A stretch of 63,169 nucleotides of DNA, the filler included, from Choristocarpus tenellus KU-1152 (Eukaryota > Protista > Phaeophyceae), in the NCBI GenBank assembly GCA_964200185.2. It is 10 parts of 10 records of this genome, joined end to end, with 100 filler letters (N's around TTAATTAATTAA, not from the genome) between each part and the next. Parts side by side here need not be neighbours in the genome. Positions count along the whole stretch, not along the records: positions 57,664 to 60,177 come from CAXNAD020027169.1; positions 60,278 to 63,169 come from CAXNAD020023872.1; 8 more parts are not named here. One strand, 5' to 3'. The position numbers and the translations under genes were made by a program. Positions within the stretch are counted from its first letter, which is position 1. Every line of letters begins with the position of its first letter. The notes under the pieces are model-generated. The model saw nothing but the letters and a program-made list of their open reading frames with translations, was not told the DNA's origin and searched no databases. Positions 60,109 to 63,169 of this stretch are shown one piece after another.

Positions 60109-60177
60109 GACTCAAAGTATCTGGGAGGGGGTGGCGGCTGTCCATTTGGGGTCAATTTTTTCATGTCGCAATTTTTG
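60109..60177. mobile_element. Left end of MITE family B inside an IFT172 intron, at contig break
   Basis: gactcaaagtatctgggagggggtggcggctgtccatttgggg. Confidence 0.85.
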
Positions 60178-61147
60178 NNNNNNNNNNNNNNNNNNNNNNN
60201 NNNNNNNNNNNNNNNNNNNNNTTAATTAATTAANNNNNNNNNNNNNNNNNNNNNNNNNNNNNNNNNNNNNNNNNNNNGGAGGTAAACTACTACAAAAGAC
60301 AAGATATTAAAGATTCTGCACCCCAAAGATGAACTTCGCACGACATTTTGACTGGGTTCCTCTCCAGTTAGGGGTTCCCTCAGTAAGTTTGCCTTCATCA
60401 CAAGAGGCCTTTCACAGGAAATTTATACACTCTCTTGTTGCTTGCTACAGCACTGCAGATCGCTCTGTGGCGTTATACAGGTACTTCCTTATGAAATAGA
60501 AGGGGAGTAGAGGTGTCCATATATTCCCTGCAAAAAAGACCCCTTCTTGTATAATTCTAAAATAATTGTTGGTGTCAGATTGGCGACAGAGCCCCCAAAT
60601 CGCCGAACACATACTATAAATGGTCGCCCATCATCCATGCGCCACGAGCAGAAAGACCCCAAGGGAGTCACTAGGGCGAGGGCAAAAAAAAAATGGTAAC
60701 ACTTGTATTTGCTTCTTGTTTCCTCGAGGAAGAGGGTATCCATGGTGATGATAGGAAACACCAAAATTTGTAGAAGAAGTGTACAATCTCTCCTACTCTA
60801 CTTTTTTTTGTCACAACTATGTTTATTTTTATTTCCATTTATCTTTGGTATATTAAATATTGGTTTTCCCATCAACATATCTACAAAATGTCAGATACCA
60901 TTATAATAAAAATATAATGTTATTTACTCCAGTACAACTTGGTATATTTTGGTCACGAAATTCTGGATTACTCTGGAAGGATTATATAAAACTAATTACC
61001 AACTCTTATGCTCCATTTACTCCTTGCCATTCCAACATCACACGAAAAACTCCCTTTTTTCTACCAAACCCTAGACCTTCTGCTGCCACCAGCACACCCA
61101 CTCACAAAACAGTGCTATCATCAGCATAATATCCAATTTATACCAAT

Positions 61148-61302
61148 AACAGCCGATTTCAAAAATTGAGGGAGCTTTTCATTGAGGATGGGCTTGACCC
61201 AAAATTGACTGGGATAAAGTGTCGATATGTTTTTTTTTTTTTAATGGACAATTGCCCATCCTCAATGAAAAGCTCCATCCTCAATTTTTGAAATCGGCTG
61301 TT
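61148..61302. repeat. Fold-back element or MITE with about 46-49 bp near-perfect inverted arms
   Basis: aacagccgatttcaaaaattgagggagcttttcattgaggatgggc ... gcccatcctcaatgaaaagctccatcctcaatttttgaaatcggctgtt. Confidence 0.9.
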
Positions 61303-61779
61303 CTTACCTTGTGAGCTATTCCTTACCATTTGTATATCTTGTCCTCACGACTCCCCACCTTTTCCACATGACCCTTCCCTCTTTCAACTGTCGGGAAGAT
61401 TGTTCGGGTTCTTCCTTCATCCGTTCCAACAAAAGCTTGCTCAGGGGTCCTCTTGATCTAGCCTTCTTCGTCTTGTCCCCCAGCCTCAGGTTTCCTCATT
61501 CGATTCAATACTGTTCGTTCCTTCTCCCCTTGTGCCTCCGTCTGCCACCTATTTTGTTAACCACTCAATCGTAACTCTTCCTTCCCTCCTTAATACTTAC
61601 ATTTCTTTACTGTCCCCTTCCTTGCCCTGTGCCCCCAACCAACCAGAATTCTTCTGCCCACAAAACTCAGATTACTTCATAAACTTTCCCTTTGTTTTGC
61701 TGTGTGCACCGGTTAGTAGTAAATTCAGATGTGATTACTGAAATTGAAAAATGAGATGAATTTCCAGTCTGGCAAAAAT

Positions 61780-62100
61780 CTTTTGGGGGGGAACAGATGG
61801 GTAGGGGTACAATTTTGTGTTTTGCTGGGATGCATTGATCACTGTCATTAAACGACATCTCCTCTCTATCCCAATCTAGCACTGCCCCAAATGCCGACAA
61901 AATGCTGTTATCCAACAAAGTTTTATCTACTCCCAGATTAGGTATGACCAATGCTTGGACAGACATTGATATGTCACCAAGTTGTAGTGTAAATTGAATG
62001 AAACCATTAACAGAGAGAGGTCTACCACCTGCTCCTTTTAAATTCAGAGCGCCTGCTGGTGTCAGCTGTTGCAGCGGGTGTGGGAGTAGTAGTGTCAGAC
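61780..62100 (-). mobile_element. Gypsy aspartic-protease remnant
   Basis: GALNLKGAGGRPLSVNGFIQFTLQLG..ALVIPNLGVDKTLLDNSILSAFGAVLDW, homologous to 13830-13990. Confidence 0.8.
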
Positions 62101-63169
62101 ATAATGTGGCATGAGTTAGTCCTCCTTGAACACCAGGCGTGAGTAAAACTGTGGAAGTGTCAAAGGTGCCAAGTTCTCTGCTCGAGGGGGCAATCACAAT
62201 CACCGGAGCGAACTCTTCCACCTCAGACGGTGAGACGGAGTTTCAAAGGTCTTGGCTCAGCATTTCAGAACAGATAAGGAAATCCAGAACAAAACAAAAC
62301 TTCAAAACACAAAAGATGTTCCCGAATTACTGAGCAACGTCACGGCAAAGAAATGGATCAGCCAGAATCAGATTGTCTCTTCGCTCCGACAGTCCATTTT
62401 GGCTATTTGGTCAAATCCGGATCTTATGGGTGCAATTGGTTATTTGAACTGGTCGGTATGGGTGAGCTCAAATGACGTTGTAGGCACGCGCAGTTGTTTA
62501 TGACCGCGCGTCTTATGTACAAGTTTGTCTGTCGGACATCCCGAAAACGGAACCTTTCCTTTAGATATATATTGTGACAAATAATCAAGTCTTGGTGTGG
62601 TGGTGGGAATAATTTTAGGATTCGAAAACGTTTGCAATAAAGTAAAAATATAATGCATGTGCATGTTTGAATATGAAAGAAGGATTCTCCTACCATCGCT
62701 GAATGATCAGAATATGTTTGATATTTTCCTTCGCATCAATGAGTAAGATTAATGTCAGTGAAAGGTTTGCAATAGCGCAAAACTTCCAATTTGACGTTTG
62801 GAGAAGTATAAAATATTCTGGAAGTTTGATTGAGTTCCTATAATATATTCTGAAGTTTGAATGTTAATACCTAGAATTGTTGTAACATACCACTAAATCT
62901 TGAAAAAACATGTGTTCCATTCTTCAATGTTTTCATTCAAGTCGTTCCTAGTACAAATCCTTAACAACTCATACTCTAATCAATAGATTTTGAAGGATAC
63001 AGTAATGCAGTATACACGATGGTGTAGCACATAGATGAGTTGTTCAGAAACCTCTAGTGGCAAATCAAGGTTTCAAAGGTGGAAAGTGGCAGAGGCTTGA
63101 ATCCTCCTTTCATTTTCATGATGTCTTTAGCGGTCAACTTGTTCCCAATTTTTTCATGCCTGTTACTGA

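Noticed and set aside
1-63169. tRNA, rRNA, viral or prokaryotic defence genes
   Set aside because: No recognisable signatures found by eye; a covariance-model scan was not possible.

Overview
Eukaryotic, repeat-rich DNA, most consistent with a brown alga or a related flagellated stramenopile. The basis is spliceosomal introns, IFT172 exons, and RTE-LINE, Copia, Gypsy and mariner remnants of the type seen in brown algal genomes. The taxon is an inference. The window is not one locus. It is 10 short contigs joined by an artificial 100-bp linker (44 N + TTAATTAATTAA + 44 N), so adjacency across a linker carries no information. Host genes: a 649-aa Lys/Asp/Ser repeat ORF (25974-27923, -); a type II membrane GT31 glycosyltransferase fused to a Maf/DUF115/CstII-like domain (32408-35522, +); three IFT172 exons (57668-59971, -); two exons of an unknown gene; and a CDC48 fragment. 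Most of the remainder is nested transposon debris. This includes three plant-type (DD39D-clade) mariners, Copia and Gypsy remnants, three solo LTRs with 5-bp TSDs, a LINE RT, an intron-containing Sola/DUF7869-like transposase pseudogene, and three related MITE families sharing the terminus GRSTCAAAGTATCT. No CRISPR, rRNA, tRNA or prokaryotic system is supported. Best candidates for something new: (1) the KxxK-rich zwitterionic repeat protein and its diverged paralog; (2) the MITE families with variable 2/3/4-bp TSDs and their possible intron-bearing transposase; (3) the two-domain glycosyltransferase.
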